Assembly (NCBI RefSeq): GCF_006345805.1
Contig: NC_042997.1
Location: 28,148,001-28,212,000 of the forward strand
Direction: 5' to 3'
Length of the DNA stretch: 64,000 nucleotides
Source of the DNA: Octopus sinensis
Lineage: Eukaryota
Shown here: positions 14,531 to 28,828 of the stretch, in pieces
How the letters are laid out: each line of letters starts with the position of its first letter
Numbering within the stretch: the stretch's first letter is position 1
The notes under the pieces: generated by a model
Told to the model about the DNA's origin: nothing
Databases searched by the model: none
What the model saw: the letters and a program-made list of their open reading frames with translations, nothing else
Translations under genes and position numbers: made by a program

Positions 14531-15530
14531 TATCTATTTTACTTTTATTTGCTTTTGTAAAGTTTATGATGTTACCTAATACGTTTCCTGTTTTTATTTT
14601 TGTCCTTATCTGGTCTTGCTTCTACAGTATCATTAGCCTTTAAGAGAAAGTTCTATAAAATCCGGTAATTATCATTCTGTGTGTCTCTTTTCTTTTCATT
14701 CATGAATTTGAAGAAATCTCCCAATGAAATTAACTCCAAAAGAAGATTCGCCAATTGTCACGGTGCAGGTTAAAGTCCTGTTCTTAGTAGAAAATTTCAT
14801 CAAAATTTCTAAAATCATATATAGCAGACGGTGGAAGAGAGCAAAGTAGTGGAAGAGAGCAAAGGAGGCAAAAATGTCATGCTTGTCGAAGTACCATTTG
14901 CAATTATAATTTCTTACCTCAGTTAAATCGCCACTGTTGCCAACACGACAACCACATCGACACCAGCACTATGCGGAAATGTTGAGGACATTTACAGTAA
15001 AACCAAGATAGCATAAAAGTTGGCCCCTTGCCTCCAAACTGGAACTGAAAAATTTGGCAGTAGAGATATTCCACCTCGGTAGAACCCTCATGGAATTTTT
15101 AAAGTTTCAACCCAAACGAAAAGTGACGCCGTAGAGGGAGTGGCTAACCCCAAACAAATTCATTGAAATTTTGATGAAAGTGGTAAAAATCGCAAAAAAG
15201 TGCCACCACTCTAAGCCACCTGTGAATCGGTGAACAGAAATTGGAGAGGGTACTTGCCCTTAGTATTCAGGGTGATCTTGGATGATGGGGTCCATCGATT
15301 TGTCCTAAAGGCTCTCCTGTATCAGAAGCATCACATCAGTATCACATTCTTTTTACTGATGTACACTACGTATACTTTTATGCAAACATCCACACTTGAT
15401 GTCTGTCATTGTATAGATCAAAGCAACTGTTGTTCTAGTGGCAAATAAAATTGATAACAAGAACAACAATAATAATGATTATGATAAATATTATTATTAA
15501 TTTACTTTTATCACTGTTGTTGTTGTTGCA

Positions 15531-15726
15531 GCGGCGAGCTGGCAGAATTGTTAATCACGCCGAGCAAAATGCTTAGCAGCATTTCGTCCGTCCTTACATT
15601 CTAAGTTCAAACACCACAGAGGTCGACTTTTCCATTTCATCCTTTCGGTATCGATAAATTCTGCGGTCGATGTAATCGACTAGTCCCCTCTCCCAAAACT
15701 ACAGGCCATGTGCCTATGATAGAAAA

Positions 15727-15787
<61 letters not shown>
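15531..15787 (+). mobile_element. SINE family B with (ATT)n tail
   Basis: GCGGCGAGCTGGCAGAA head and GAGGTCGACTTT core. Confidence 0.85.
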
Positions 15788-15789
15788 TC

Positions 15790-16530
15790 TCTTCATCACA
15801 GATTTCGTCGGAACTCCTGGAGTGCTACCTGCTGCCTACGTTTCCATGCTATTCATTTTTTTCAGTTATCTAATACTTTCCCGCTTATTCTGGCCGTGCT
15901 AAGGGGAACGTTTTGTAACAGTTCAACTGGGCACTCTATTCCAATTCACTTTATATTTTCCTTGATGCCTTTTGATACTGTTCCCAAGGATCCAACTATA
16001 ATTTACATTATCTTCACCTTCTTTATTTTCCATAGCCGGGCTATTTCATAATTAAGAGGGTAGTATTTATCTATCTTTTCGCCTTCCTTCTTGAGTAATC
16101 GTGGGTCAACGGGGCATGCAACATCAAATATCTAACATATGTGGTGAACCTTGTCCAACAGCACTAGGTCCGGTCTGCAAGCTTTGGCACCCGATTTGTT
16201 TGGATTGGGAAATCCCAGAGGATTTTCCAAGTCTCCTACTGCACCACTCTTTGCCGTTTGTGGTCATACCACATCTTGTCTCTCTGTATCTCCCACTTTT
16301 CGCACATTTTCCAGTGTAGCACTTTTGTTACTGACCGTGTGGCCACATCTTATAGTGGTTTGGGGCAAGTCCAGGGCATTAGTTCTTGATTTGAGCAACG
16401 GTTTCATCCACTCTGTAGCAGCTGTGGCAAAGCGTACAGACTTTCTCATTCCAAATATTGATCGTCCAGTTAGTGGCCGAAGCTTGGTCTTCTGCTGTCA
16501 GTATAGTGCTCTTGGTCTCTTCTTTTAAGG
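15790..16530 (-). mobile_element. R4/Dong-type 3' fragment (RLE domain) with (AAT)n tail
   Basis: RPDLVLLDK..IFDVACPVD..KEGEKIDKY..YEIARLWK..IIVGSLGTVPK; adjacent (ATT)n tract. Confidence 0.8.
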
Positions 16531-16797
16531 TTCCTTTCATCAGCCAAACCCACCTGTTTTTTCCAATAACTTCTGTTGTGGTTATATTGAATTTATTGTG
16601 TAGACCTTTGTTGCGTAATTATTCCTCATGTCCTTTTTGTACTTTTTCCTTGTTTCTCTGCTTTCAATTCTCCCTCTTTCCTAACTGTCACTAGCAAGGT
16701 TTCCTTATTTTGGTCTAGGTATCTCATTAAGCTTTCGAGTTCGATACGCCCGCAATCTTTCACACTTAACAGTCCCCTTCCTGCATTTCTTCTCTCC

Positions 16798-16882
16798 ATG
16801 TATCATCATCATCATCATCATCATCATCATTATTATTATTACTCATATTATTGTCGTCATCATCATTATTATTATTATTATT

Positions 16883-16917
<35 letters not shown>

Positions 16918-16989
16918 TATTATTATTATTATCATCTTCATCATCATCATCATCATCATCATTATCATCATTGCTGTTATTATTATTGA
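16798..16989. repeat. Compound (CAT)n/(TAT)n microsatellite
   Basis: Read directly. Representative of dozens of (TA)n, (CA)n, (TATC)n, (TATG)n, (AAG)n and (CCA)n tracts in the window. Confidence 0.95.
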
Positions 16990-17535
16990 GAGAGCAGTGC
17001 ATGCATCAAAGTGAGACTGGGGTAAATATACGAAGCCTAGTATACCCATCATGACTACCCGTCTGATAAGGGTACACTAGGCACATGCGTCACAACCACA
17101 TGTGCGCGACATGGTGATCTCATATCAAGATTAAAAGCGCATGACCTTGCAGGTGGAGCCCAGTTAGAATTTTCTTCAGGTCGAGTAGCCCATCCCGCTC
17201 AAAAGGTCCCTGAATATGGGCTGTGTAAGGTTGTTGAGCGAAACACCTATGTTTCCGGTGGTGAATTATCCAAACCCCAAATAATCCCTCTCAACACATG
17301 GCTATGATCCTCCCCCACTACTTCTGCTCGTGATCAGAGATGCACATATCGTCAGCCACTAAGGGACATGCTCAACTTGTTAAGGTCAAACAACTGACAA
17401 GCAAATCTGTGGTATTGAGCAGAATATTTGCTGTAGCCCATCTTTTATACCAAGACAAAACAATGTACATGATAACACTACCAATCAGTTAAGATGAGAA
17501 GCCATGAGAACCACTGCATGGTACTGCATCAGGGC
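16990..17535. repeat. Unclassified ~540-bp GC-richer element between trinucleotide tracts
   Basis: Sharp composition change, bounded by (CAT/TAT)n and (ATT)n; no coding signature. Interspersed status is inference (single copy here). Confidence 0.4.
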
Positions 17536-17536
17536 A

Positions 17537-17596
<60 letters not shown>

Positions 17597-18688
17597 GTTC
17601 TTGTTGTTGTTGTTGATTTTGTTGTTGTTGTTGCTGTTGTAGTTATTATCTATGCCTTTCATTCCTTCGGGACCGTTGAAATATGTATCAGTTGAGGACC
17701 GTGGTCAATATAGTCGACAAGCCCATCCAACCAAATTTCTGTCCTTGCGTCTATAATAAAAAAAGATTTATTATTATTAATTTTTGTCGTTATTCTCCTT
17801 GTGTACCTACATCATATATACTTCCTACCAGATTCTGAAGCTGTTCAAATATTTCTATTATTCAGTGGAGCAATCTCAAGACATTTTTCATTGCTCTTCT
17901 AAGGTGATTGTAATTTTTCGTTGCTATATAAAGTTGCGCTTCATTGTATTGTCCGTTTGTTATTGTATTGCTGTATAAGAATCATTTCTAGTTGTTGGCG
18001 AGTGGCAATATAGTAATTACTTATCAATAACTGGAAAATATTAAGCGTCTAAATCAGTAATCGCATTTACGTCAATGTTAGAGAGACAGAATATCACGAT
18101 ATCACACAAGATTAAGTGCAAAGTGCATTCCATATATTATTTATTTGTTATAATTAAGGTCAATTCTTGGTGTTTGGATAAGTATTATATAAATAATGTC
18201 AGCGCAATGATTGTTTTCTATAAATAATGTCAGAGCAATGACTGTTTTCATTACGCAATCTAATTCACTAAAATTGCGCTTAGCTGAACAAATATGATAA
18301 CATCTAGGAATGTATGTGCTTACACGCACATGGACACATTCACACGCACACGCACACACTCATCCATACATAGACACACGCATACACACACAAGGCAAAC
18401 ACACACGCACGCACTCATACGCACACAAACACACACACACGACGAGCCTCGGCAGTGTTTACCATTCGAGTATTTTACACACAAAGCAGAGAATACTCCG
18501 CTTCTGCACTTGAACTCCTTTGCCTAAAATGTGTTATGATACCCCTAAAATATGTGGAAGCAGCAGATGCGAGACTTTCCATCATACAAATGATACAGGG
18601 AAGTCCCAAAGTACCGGAAGGCAATGGAACTACATTTTACCAAAAAGTTTTCACCTATAATAAACATATAAAAAAATTAAATAAAACA

Positions 18689-19478
18689 GGCACAGACGTG
18701 GCAGTATAGTGAGAGGCTTGCTTCTCAACCACATGGTCCGGTGTTCAGTCCCACTGCGTGATACCTTCGGTGAATGTTTGCTACTATAGTGCATTCGATA
18801 GGCTGAAACTGAAAGAAGTCTGCAGTATGTATGTATGTATGTATGTATGTATGTATGTATGTATGTATGTATGTATGTATGTATGTATGTATGTATGATG
18901 TATGTATGTATGTATGTATGTATGTATGTTTGTTTGTATGTATGTATGTATGTATGTGTGTGTGTGTGTGTGTGTTTGTCCCCCTAGCATTGCCTGACAA
19001 CCGATGCTGGTGTGTTTACGTCCCCGTCACTTAGCGATTCGGCAAAAAGAGACCGATAGAATAAGTACTGGGCTTACAAATAATAAGTTCCGAGGTCGAT
19101 TTGCTCGACTAAAGGCGGTGCTCCAGCATGGCCGCAGTCAAATGACTGAAACAAGTAAAACAGTAAAAGAGTAAAAGAGTATGTATGTATGTATGTATGT
19201 ATGTATGTTGTATGTATGTATGTATGTGTGGTGTGTATATATGTATGTGTGTGTGTGTGTGTTGTGTGTGTGTTTGTCCCCCTAGCATTGCTTGACAACC
19301 GATGCTGGTGTGTTTACGTCCCCGTCACTTAGCGATTCGGCAAAAAGAGACCGATAGAATAAGTACTGGGCTTACAAATAATAAGTTCCGAGGTCGATTT
19401 GCTCGACTAAAGGCGGTGCTCCAGCATGGCCGCAGTCAAATGACTGAAACAAGTAAAACAGTAAAAGAGTAAAAGAGT
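18689..19478 (+). mobile_element. SINE family A with tandemly duplicated 3' half
   Basis: 3' halves at ~18970-19180 and ~19268-19478 are nearly identical, period 298 bp. Confidence 0.9.
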
Positions 19479-19584
19479 ATGTATGTATGTATGTATGTAT
19501 GTATGTATGTATGTATGTATGTATGTATGTGTGTGTGTGTATATATGTATGTGTGTGTGTGTGTGTGTGTGTGTAGAATTGTAT

Positions 19585-19787
19585 TTATGTCTGTTTTGTT
19601 CCTCCCACAAGCGCTTGACCACCGTTTCTGGTCTGTTTACATCGTTCCCGGCTAAAGACACGGATAAAACAAGTACTAGACCTTTGAAAAATAATTACAG
19701 GGGACAATACATTCGACTAAAAATTCTTCAAAGCGTTGCCCCGGCATGGCCGCATCTAATGTCTGATAGAAGGAAAATGATAAAAGT
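19585..19787 (+). mobile_element. Diverged SINE family A 3' half
   Basis: ..TTCGACTAAAA..GCATGGCCGCA.. tail motifs. Confidence 0.6.
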
Positions 19788-20159
19788 TATTTATGAGAAA
19801 TCGTTATTAAAGAACACAGTGTCTCAGAGGAAACAAATCAGATTACCAGTGGACAATATTAACAATGTTCTCATTACGGTTACTAAAATAACTGAAAATA
19901 TTCACTTATTCACTTAAATACACGCACAGGTTCATTCAAAAACTTCCTAAAGCAATTTGGTATTCTATTTCCTACATCTGGGTAACATAACTACAGATAA
20001 AAAAAAAATAGGATGACGGAAAGAAAATTGATTTCTTGAACTATCATTAAATTCATCCTTTCCAGTAAAAGACGCCGTCCAAAAGCTGAATAGCATGGCA
20101 ACTGATCAAAAATGAAATGCAATTTCAACATTCTCAGTAAAAAGTTTTCCTTCTTCCGT

Positions 20160-20195
<36 letters not shown>

Positions 20196-20314
20196 TGGCC
20201 CTGTCCTTTCTGTTTTCCTTTTTTATTCTCTCCAATCAACCGCTCCCCACTCATCGAAAATTCACCATACGCGCATACTTACTCACACGTACATACACAA
20301 ACATATACACACAC

Positions 20315-20678
20315 GTGGAGGCGCAAAGGCTCGTGATCGTAGGATCGGGGTTTCGAATCCCAGACCGGGCGTTGTCAGTGTTTACTGAGCGAAAACACCT
20401 AAAGCTCCACGAGACTCCGGCGGGTGGGACGGGGTGGGGAACCATGCTGTACTCTTTCACCACTTATTTCTTTCACTCTTTCTTCCTGTTTCTGTTGTAC
20501 CTGTATCTCAAAGGACCAACCTTGTCAAACTCTTTGTCAACCTGGATCTCACTGACTAGTAAATTAAAGGTACACGTGTCTGTGAAGTGCTCAGCCACTT
20601 GCACGTTAATTTCGCGAGCAGGCTGTTCTGTTGATCAGATCGCCTGGAACCTTCATCGTCGCAACCGACGGAGTTCCA
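20315..20678 (+). mobile_element. tRNA-derived SINE family D
   Basis: B box GGTTTCGAATCCC; 3' GCTCAGCCACTTGCACGTTAATTT..GACGGAG shared with 11565-11828. Confidence 0.7.
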
Positions 20679-21122
20679 CATACATACAGATTCAAAATAA
20701 GAAAAAACGTTCTCATCCCAATACAACTCAACTAACTCCCACTTACACACATACAAACACACATACACACATGTATGTAACGAACGAATTTTCTGTAAAT
20801 AATCATTCATGATGAATCTCTCAAAAGAGGACGATATTTCTAAATATATAACTATAAAAATTTCTGACCCCATCTTTATCATAATATATAAAATCTGGAC
20901 ACCAACTGAAACAATCATAGATACATACATACATATATATATGCATATATGCAAGCATGCATGCATGCATCCATCCACACATACATACATGCATGCATAT
21001 ATATACACATACAAAATGTATATATATATATATATATGTATAAGGGTGAAAAGGAACACACGAGTTGATATATATGAAAAAACAAGTCAAAATAGAAAAT
21101 GCTAAAATAATTTTATAAAGAA

Positions 21123-21170
21123 CATTTCAGTACCGGTTTCGGTCATTTTGAGACCTTTTCAACTGTAACG
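21123..21170 (-). ncRNA. Minimal type I hammerhead, U3-A8 variant (inverted copy)
   Basis: Exact reverse complement of 21617-21664. Confidence 0.75.
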
Positions 21171-21616
21171 ATTAAATAATTAAATTTAGAAAAATTAGAA
21201 GAAAAGTTTTTTTAAAGGAATATTTGTATAGTGTTCAAATATAAGTGGCATTCTGCCTTTCTCTGTCTCCTTTGTTTGCACTTGTGTGTTCTAGGTCGTT
21301 GTGAATTCTTGGTAGGGTAGAAGAAGAAGAAGGTTGATGAGGTGAGGGGGTGGAAAAATTTGGGAGTGCCTTGATGGTCGTATTTTGAATGGTCAGTGGC
21401 GACTAGCAGTTGCAGTTCAATTCAGGAGAATATTTCTATTGAAAGGTTTGTTTATGGAATTTGCGTAGGTGTTATACTAAAAAGCATTAGTGATAAAGTT
21501 AAGAGGTAGAAGGTGGAGAAGAAAAAGAAAAAGAAGAAGAAGAAGAAGAAAAAGAAGAAGAAGAAGAAGAAGAAGAAGAAGAAGAAGAAGAAGAAGAAGA
21601 AGAATCGTTATTTAAT

Positions 21617-21664
21617 CGTTACAGTTGAAAAGGTCTCAAAATGACCGAAACCGGTACTGAAATG
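21617..21664 (+). ncRNA. Minimal type I hammerhead ribozyme, U3-A8 core variant
   Basis: CGUUACAG-UUGAAAA-GGUC ucaaaau GACC-GAAA-CCGG-UA^CUGAAAUG: stem I 8 bp with one mismatch, perfect stem II, palindromic ACCGGU stem III. Confidence 0.75.
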
Positions 21665-21711
21665 TTCTTTATAAAATTATTTTAGCATTTTCTATTTTGA
21701 CTTGTTTTTTC

Positions 21712-21750
<39 letters not shown>

Positions 21751-21756
21751 AGTGAA

Positions 21757-22086
21757 GACGCATGGCTCAGTGGTAAAAGCGTCGAGCTTGCGATCGCGAG
21801 GTTGTGAGTTCGAATCCCGAACCGGGCTGTGTGTTGTGTTCTTGAGGAAGACACTTTATTTCACATTGCTCCAGTTCAGTCAGCTGTAGAATTGAGTTGC
21901 GACTTCACAGGTGCCAAGCTGTATCGGCCTTTGCCTTTCTGTTGGATAACACTGTTGGCGTGGAGAGGGAAGGCCGGTATGCACGGGCAAGTGCTGGTCT
22001 TCCATAAACAACCATACCCAGACTTGTGCCTCGGAGGGTAACTTTCTAGGTGCAATCCCATACTCAGTCATGACCGAAAGGGGTCT
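21757..22086 (+). mobile_element. tRNA-derived SINE family C
   Basis: A box TGGCTCAGTGG, B box GAGTTCGAATCCC, then TTCACATTGCTCCAGT..AGCTGTA body. Confidence 0.8.
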
Positions 22087-23399
22087 CAATTTCAACTGCG
22101 TGTTTGTGTGTGTTTGTGTATGGATAGATAGTTAGAGAGATAGATCGATCGATTGATAGATAGATAGATATATAGATAAGGTGGAAGTGCAAATAGAATT
22201 GCGCAGGAGGGTGAATGCGAGAAACAGAATGCAAGAGCAAGATAATATTAATTTTATATGTAGATATTGATGTGTTTAGGCATGATAATGATAAAATATC
22301 ACAAAGTGTGTGTGCTCTAAATATCACCAACACGCCTAACAGCCTTCGTGTTTTAGATTTGTAGCGATTGAAATCCATATTGATGCGCTAAAGCAATAGA
22401 TCATTGAAATAAAATCATTACAATATATTGTTTTATCCTTCTGCAGTTCTAGCCCAAATCGAACCAAGTATCGACCATGACATTCATTTATTCGCGATCA
22501 ATTAAACACAATTATATAAAACCATAGCATCGGTTTAATCGACCATGCACATTCCCATAAACACATTAACGATATCCTTGATCAAAAGTAATTATTATTA
22601 CGTGACTTCTGTTATTGTTATGGTTGTTATTTTATTTGGCATTAGGTCAGCTTTAATTGAACGCACATATGATCAAAAGCTTTTCACCGATCACTAGCTT
22701 GCCTTTTTCCGTGCATTGCATAGCACTCAATGCATTATAAATGGAAATCCCTTTGTTGCGGTGGTAGGTTGGGGTCTGAAGGAAATGGTGCTGTTAATAC
22801 AATTAGATCGACCGGCCATGTAGAGAATGCGCCGTTAGATCCGCATGGTTGATGATGCTTAAACGGGTGGATTGTACCCCAGTAGAACATTTATTTATAA
22901 TTAGTTAATACCAAAAGTATGAAGTTATCTAGCAGTAAAGAGAATGCAGAAGTGGTAACACGACTCAAATTATCGATTATTCAGCCATAATTTTATCATC
23001 TGAAAGAAAAATTATTAGAAAAAATATGTAAGGTAGTTCCTCCAATCTTATGCTTTCTTTGTCCTTTTCTGCGTGTAAAATAAAAGATAAGAGTAATGTA
23101 TGTAACATGATTAAATATAGCTGGATTTCACCTGGCAATAGATGCATCTACCTTTCTTTCAACACTACCTCCGCTATATGTTCTCTCCTCGAGCTTTCTT
23201 CTTATCACCCGATGTTTTTCTATCAACGTATAGTTTATCCTTATTTTCACACGTATACTTTACTTGTTATATTCCTGTGCATGAAAACACAGCGAAACAA
23301 AACAATAAACATTATAGTGACATACAATTTACTTAATACAAATAGAGCACTCACACGCAGGTTATTAAGTTCGTTCTTTAGCAGAGTTAGGACCTGGTA

Positions 23400-24530
23400 A
23401 GGCCCTTACTGTCCATGCCATCTTTCCCTCTTTAGCTTCTCTGATCATGTCAAATTCGGAGTAATGCACTTCAGAGTACACAAAACTACGTCACAGTGTG
23501 CAGTCTTCAGCGAAATGACTCCAGTTGATTGCTCTAAACTATAGTTTTCAAAGTTGTACTCAATTTGTCTTTGTATCTTTCCTTTGGTCTGCCATGTGAC
23601 CAATTGCTTGTTTGCCAAACAAGATATGTGCGTCACATATTTTTACCACACATGGAATTTGCTCAGGAAAGCATACATGCTTGATATATGAGCTCTCTTG
23701 AGCACAGTTGCATTAGGAATTTATTGGGCCACCTGATGTTAAGGAGTTTTCGCATACACAAGTGAATGTGGTGAAATTTCTTTGGTATATCTTTGGTAAA
23801 CTATCCTGATCTTACAACTGTAAAGTACTGTAGTAACCACAACGGATTTTTCTATGCCAAATTTTGCTTTTATTTTAAAGGCAAGGCTTTTCAAAAATCG
23901 TCCAAAGACAGATGTGGCTTTTGTTACCCTTGCGTTCACTTAAATATGTGTACTTCCATATTGGTGAATATCTCTACAGTTATAAAAAAGTTGATTGTTA
24001 ACTTTCAAGAGTGTTTCGACGTAAAGTTTTCAGGGAGCTGGCTTGAGCAATACTTCGGTATTTTTGATACTTGTTTTGAGACCGAAGTTATTACAAACTG
24101 AAGCAATGATGTCTAAGCACTATTGAAAATCTGCATCAGAGGTTGCATTCAAAGAGCAGTCCTCCGACAAAAGGTTATCCCTTGAGGTAGTGATCCTGAT
24201 TTTAGCATTCTGTTTAAGGTGGCTAATGATGAATAATACCACCAATATATTTGTAACTGATCTAGATCCCAGGTGTTTCATGGTAGAATGCATTTTGAAG
24301 CGCTGTGCTAAACCTCAAAATCTAGAGAGTGGCTGCTAGAAGACAAACCTGCTTAACACTTTTGGTTACAAGGAATGGTAGCGAGAATTCTCAATCATAC
24401 AAGACACGCGCTTGCTTGCCATTGTGAAATTGATGCATCTGGGAAACAAATTTCTTCCTTATGTTCAGATGACCTTGTCTACTTACAGTAACAAAATCTT
24501 TCGTAATGTCGATAACATTTGATCTTGTTC
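23400..24530 (-). mobile_element. RTE-clade LINE RT/3' fragment, decayed
   Basis: NARVTKATSVFGRF..KSVVVTTVLYSC; NNFGLKTSIKNTEVL; many stops. Confidence 0.8.
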
Positions 24531-24737
24531 CTAACATATTATCTTAAGCTGACTTGAAGAAAATTTCATGACAAGGAAACACAAAATATTCGGAAACCAA
24601 GCGTCTCTTATACATGCATACTGTAAAGATCACAATGGTTTGAAACTCAAATCACAAACAACATATTCCGTTTCAATAAACCATATGTCAATAAAATGTG
24701 TACAGTATTTCGACGTCTGTATGTATAGGTACGTATA

Positions 24738-24884
<147 letters not shown>

Positions 24885-24904
24885 TATATAATATATATAT
24901 ATAT

Positions 24905-24939
<35 letters not shown>

Positions 24940-24959
24940 GTATATGTATATATTCTTTT

Positions 24960-25165
24960 TTTTACTTGTTTCGGTCATTTGATTGCGGCCATGCTGGGGC
25001 ATCGCCTTGCATAGTTGTTTTTAGTAGAAGAAATTGACCTCAGGACTTATTCTTTGTAAAACTAGTACTTATTTTGTCGGTCTCTTTCGCTGAGACGTAT
25101 CGGTCTCTTTACTGGGTCGTAAACACGCCAACATCGATTGTCCAGCGATGGAGGGGGGGGGCAGA
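24960..25165 (-). mobile_element. SINE family A 3' half
   Basis: GCGGCCATGCTGGGGCATCGCC..GTACTTATT. Confidence 0.75.
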
Positions 25166-26339
25166 CATGGACACAGACACACACATCTATACTCACACAC
25201 ACATGCGCGCACACAAAATGATATATACACATACAGTGTTATCTACGCACATCACCTGGTCTCTCGACCGCGCGTCCATCTACTGCTAAAATCACAACTG
25301 CTACTAACCTGTTCCATCGATTATCTCAAGCACACCCATCTCCCATACAAACTCAAATATACACGTACGCATAAACTACCATCCCATATAGCACTCCCTA
25401 CACACATACTCACACACAAAACCACACACACACACCTACACACAACTACACGCACACATACATATGCACACGGATACACAGACACAAATAGCCATATAGA
25501 CATATATATACACTCCACATACATATACGCATTCAGTCACACATTCATAAATATTTTCACAGATATAAAAATATTTGTATTCATACAGCGTTAAAAACTT
25601 GTGATATTCTTTGTGTAATAGTTTGACGTTAGTCAAACAATATATAAAATAAAACATTCCACCAATTCGACCACAATAATGTATTTCGTGCCGTTTATTT
25701 ATATCCAAACCGAATACATTCCCTACATGTGTCGGCTTCAAGTAAAATTGTCCCAGGATCTATTATAATACGAGGTGTTTCGTATACATTCAATACTTTT
25801 TCCAAGTAATCTAATGCTCTTAGCTTAGTTTTTCCTTGGGTCTGGCCAGATTGGAGCAATCTCTAGATTAATCAGTCGAAATTGCGAGGATGATCCGGTT
25901 TTTGACTGAAGATTAAAAGCTTCGAATGACCCATCCGTGTTTTTTGTATCGTCTATCTGGATGTTTTGCGTTCTTGTCCCATTTTGTATTTTTTATATAT
26001 ATGTACAGAAAGTGTTCATTTAAGACATTATGCCATGTCTTACAGTCTGTGACCGTGTACCAGCACAATAACTGTCAACCAGTTAATAACAGTTTGTATG
26101 TATGTATGCATGCAGGTATGTATGTATGTATGTATGTATGTATGTATGTATGTATGTATGTACGTATGTATGTATTTATGTATGATATATGTACGTATGC
26201 ATGAATGTCATTATTCAGATTTCTTGCCAATGAAGAGCCGGTTTCTAACCTAGATCCAAAGCTCTTTCATTGGACTTTCAGCATCAACTTAGCATTTTTG
26301 TCTGTCTGTCTGTCTGCCTGTAACTATAAGTGCAGAATT

Positions 26340-27385
26340 TTATGCATATCTAGACGTGCTCATATATATGTGATGGACTGAATCTGTAGTTGTTGAACCA
26401 GCTTCTTCTGTTTGGCTTTGATAAGCCTAATTTCTTAACATTGGTATTTAGGCTGTGTGTTACATATTCAAGTGCCCCAATAATTACAGGATAGAGTAAC
26501 TGCAAGTTTCTCAATAGTTCAGCGTAGGTATTTACTTTTTCACTGATCTTTAGCTTTATGTTAACATCCACTGGACAGCTGATTTCCACAATAGTACACA
26601 GTTTCTTCCCAAATCACTATATCAGGTCTATTGTGTTTATAATTTAGAGAGGTTTTCACTTGGACATTCCACAAGTATTCCCTTTTGTTATGGGTGGCTA
26701 TGACTTCTACCCTACTGTGGGTTCTTATTCCTTTGTTCTTGGGGTTATCTTTCTGATATATCTCATTATACAGTTTCCTAGATACAACATCATGTCTCAT
26801 CGGTAGATAATACAGTGATGACATTTTCGGACAACTGCTTATGGTGTGGGTGATATTTTCGGTGTTAACTCTACAAAGTCTGCAACGCTTGTCACGTTTT
26901 GTTGCTTTTCCTGCAACTCTATCTCTTTTGCAGATTAGGTAATTGGTTGATATTTCCCGTTCCTTGGTTGCAATCGCATACCCTTCAAAGTGGGATGTAG
27001 TTATCTGATTGTTGACCCATCATAGACTGCTATGTCGATCATCTCAGAGCTTTCTACCAACATAGCCAGGCTGATATGCATTCGTCCTTTCATTATGGTA
27101 GAGTCGTGCAACGTTTTGGAGCATGTATTTTAGGTTACCAGACAAGGAATGCTGCTCAAGGAGCTGCTTTCTAAGGCTTATGCACCAAACTACACCTCCA
27201 AAAACTTGTGCACACACATTTAACCCACCTAATCGAATTAAACGAACAAGAACCGAGGACGTTATCTAGTTCCACCACGCCGTTGCTCTTAATGTTAGGA
27301 TTCGAGTTCCTAAACTCATCTTCGCCCTACTCGAAAAACATTTCCCTAAATGTAGCCCCCTTAGGAAAATTATTAACCTCCAATC
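26340..27385 (-). mobile_element. R4/Dong-type non-LTR retrotransposon 3' fragment (CCHC knuckle + restriction-like endonuclease)
   Basis: CRLCRVNTENITHTISSCPKM..RHDVV, then KHNRPDIVIW and IIGAL.YV. Confidence 0.85.
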
Positions 27386-28462
27386 TATAAAATTGCCCTA
27401 CTCCACCAAAACCACCACCACCACCACCACCACCACCACCACCACCGCCACCACCAACAGAAATACCACTTCCACCACCAACACCTGTTCTCAAGATGAG
27501 TCACATAAATTCCGCTCCAGTTCCGTTTCGGTATACTGAAATATCGTTCTTGTCGATTGGCTTGCAATTTGTAATGAACAAAGGTAATATACTGCAATGT
27601 ATGTAGCATAGCTTTTCTTTCCAGTCTTATTGTAATTATTGTATTAGATTTTCAGAAATATATTGCTGCCACTTTTGATTGATAAAGTTTCTGTTACTCA
27701 CCATTCTTTACCTACATCTGTCTATTTATTTACTCAAACTTAAATTTCAAAGATCTCTTCCATTTCCATATTGCATACTTAGGCAAAACAAAGATAGGAA
27801 GAGACATACTTTCATGCACATGTATAGAAACTTATATACATTTCGCGTGTGTATATATATATATTATATATATATATATATATACACATTCAAGAAAGAC
27901 AAGAGGAGGCTGATAAAGCTTCACCCAATTCATTTGATTGCTCTCATACTTGAAGCGAAAGATAAATTCCTCACAAATCACATTCTGTCATCTTACATTG
28001 AATAAATTAGTCACTGATATAGAAGAGAACGGTTTGGACACAAACAGAAACTCCATTCACTTTAGCACAAATATATATTAAACAATATTTTAAATGTGTT
28101 TCTAATTTCTGTTTCCCAAGTGATTATCTACGTTGTTACTTGCTATGCCAAATGTAACAGTTACTTCATTAAATCATATTCCCAATTCCTACAAAGACAT
28201 ATACACACACACACATTCACGTGCATGTGTATATAGAGTGTGAAACTTTCACGTTAAGGTGGCGATGTATAACCATCATTTTCAATCTCCACGAGATAGG
28301 CAGTGAAGGGAAGACGTTTTTGAAGAGATGTATTGATTTTTGGTAACATCCTTGTTTATATAGATCGCGCTGCATAGATACGAAAATCAAGAAACTTTAT
28401 ATACATACATGCATACATACATACACACAGCATACTTATATATATATATATAATATATATAT

Positions 28463-28500
<38 letters not shown>

Positions 28501-28740
28501 GTATAGAGGAGAGCGGAGAAAATACAGACGACTATCTTTCAACTGGAGACGTTTACTTTTGTTCCTTTGTATATTATATGTAGCAGAGAGCGTATTCTCA
28601 ACTGGAATGCATATAAAATTATGCTTTCGACATTTAATTGGCATGAGACTCTAGAACATATAACCACGTCGTCGATGAATGAACGACGAAACTGAAAATT
28701 ATACAATAAACTTTGTTAATACTGTTACTGCATATATCTA

Positions 28741-28828
<88 letters not shown>

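Larger units (their letters stand above)
21068..21719 (-). mobile_element. 5'-truncated Penelope-like insertion with inverted pseudo-LTRs
   Basis: Identical 112-bp inverted repeats (21068-21179 / 21608-21719), each holding a hammerhead. The interior is strand-asymmetric and includes an (AAG)n tract. Confidence 0.7.

Noticed and set aside
14640-15230. Possible MITE (short inverted AAATTTCATCAAAATTT / AAATTTTGATGAAAGT)
   Set aside because: Could not define termini or TSD.
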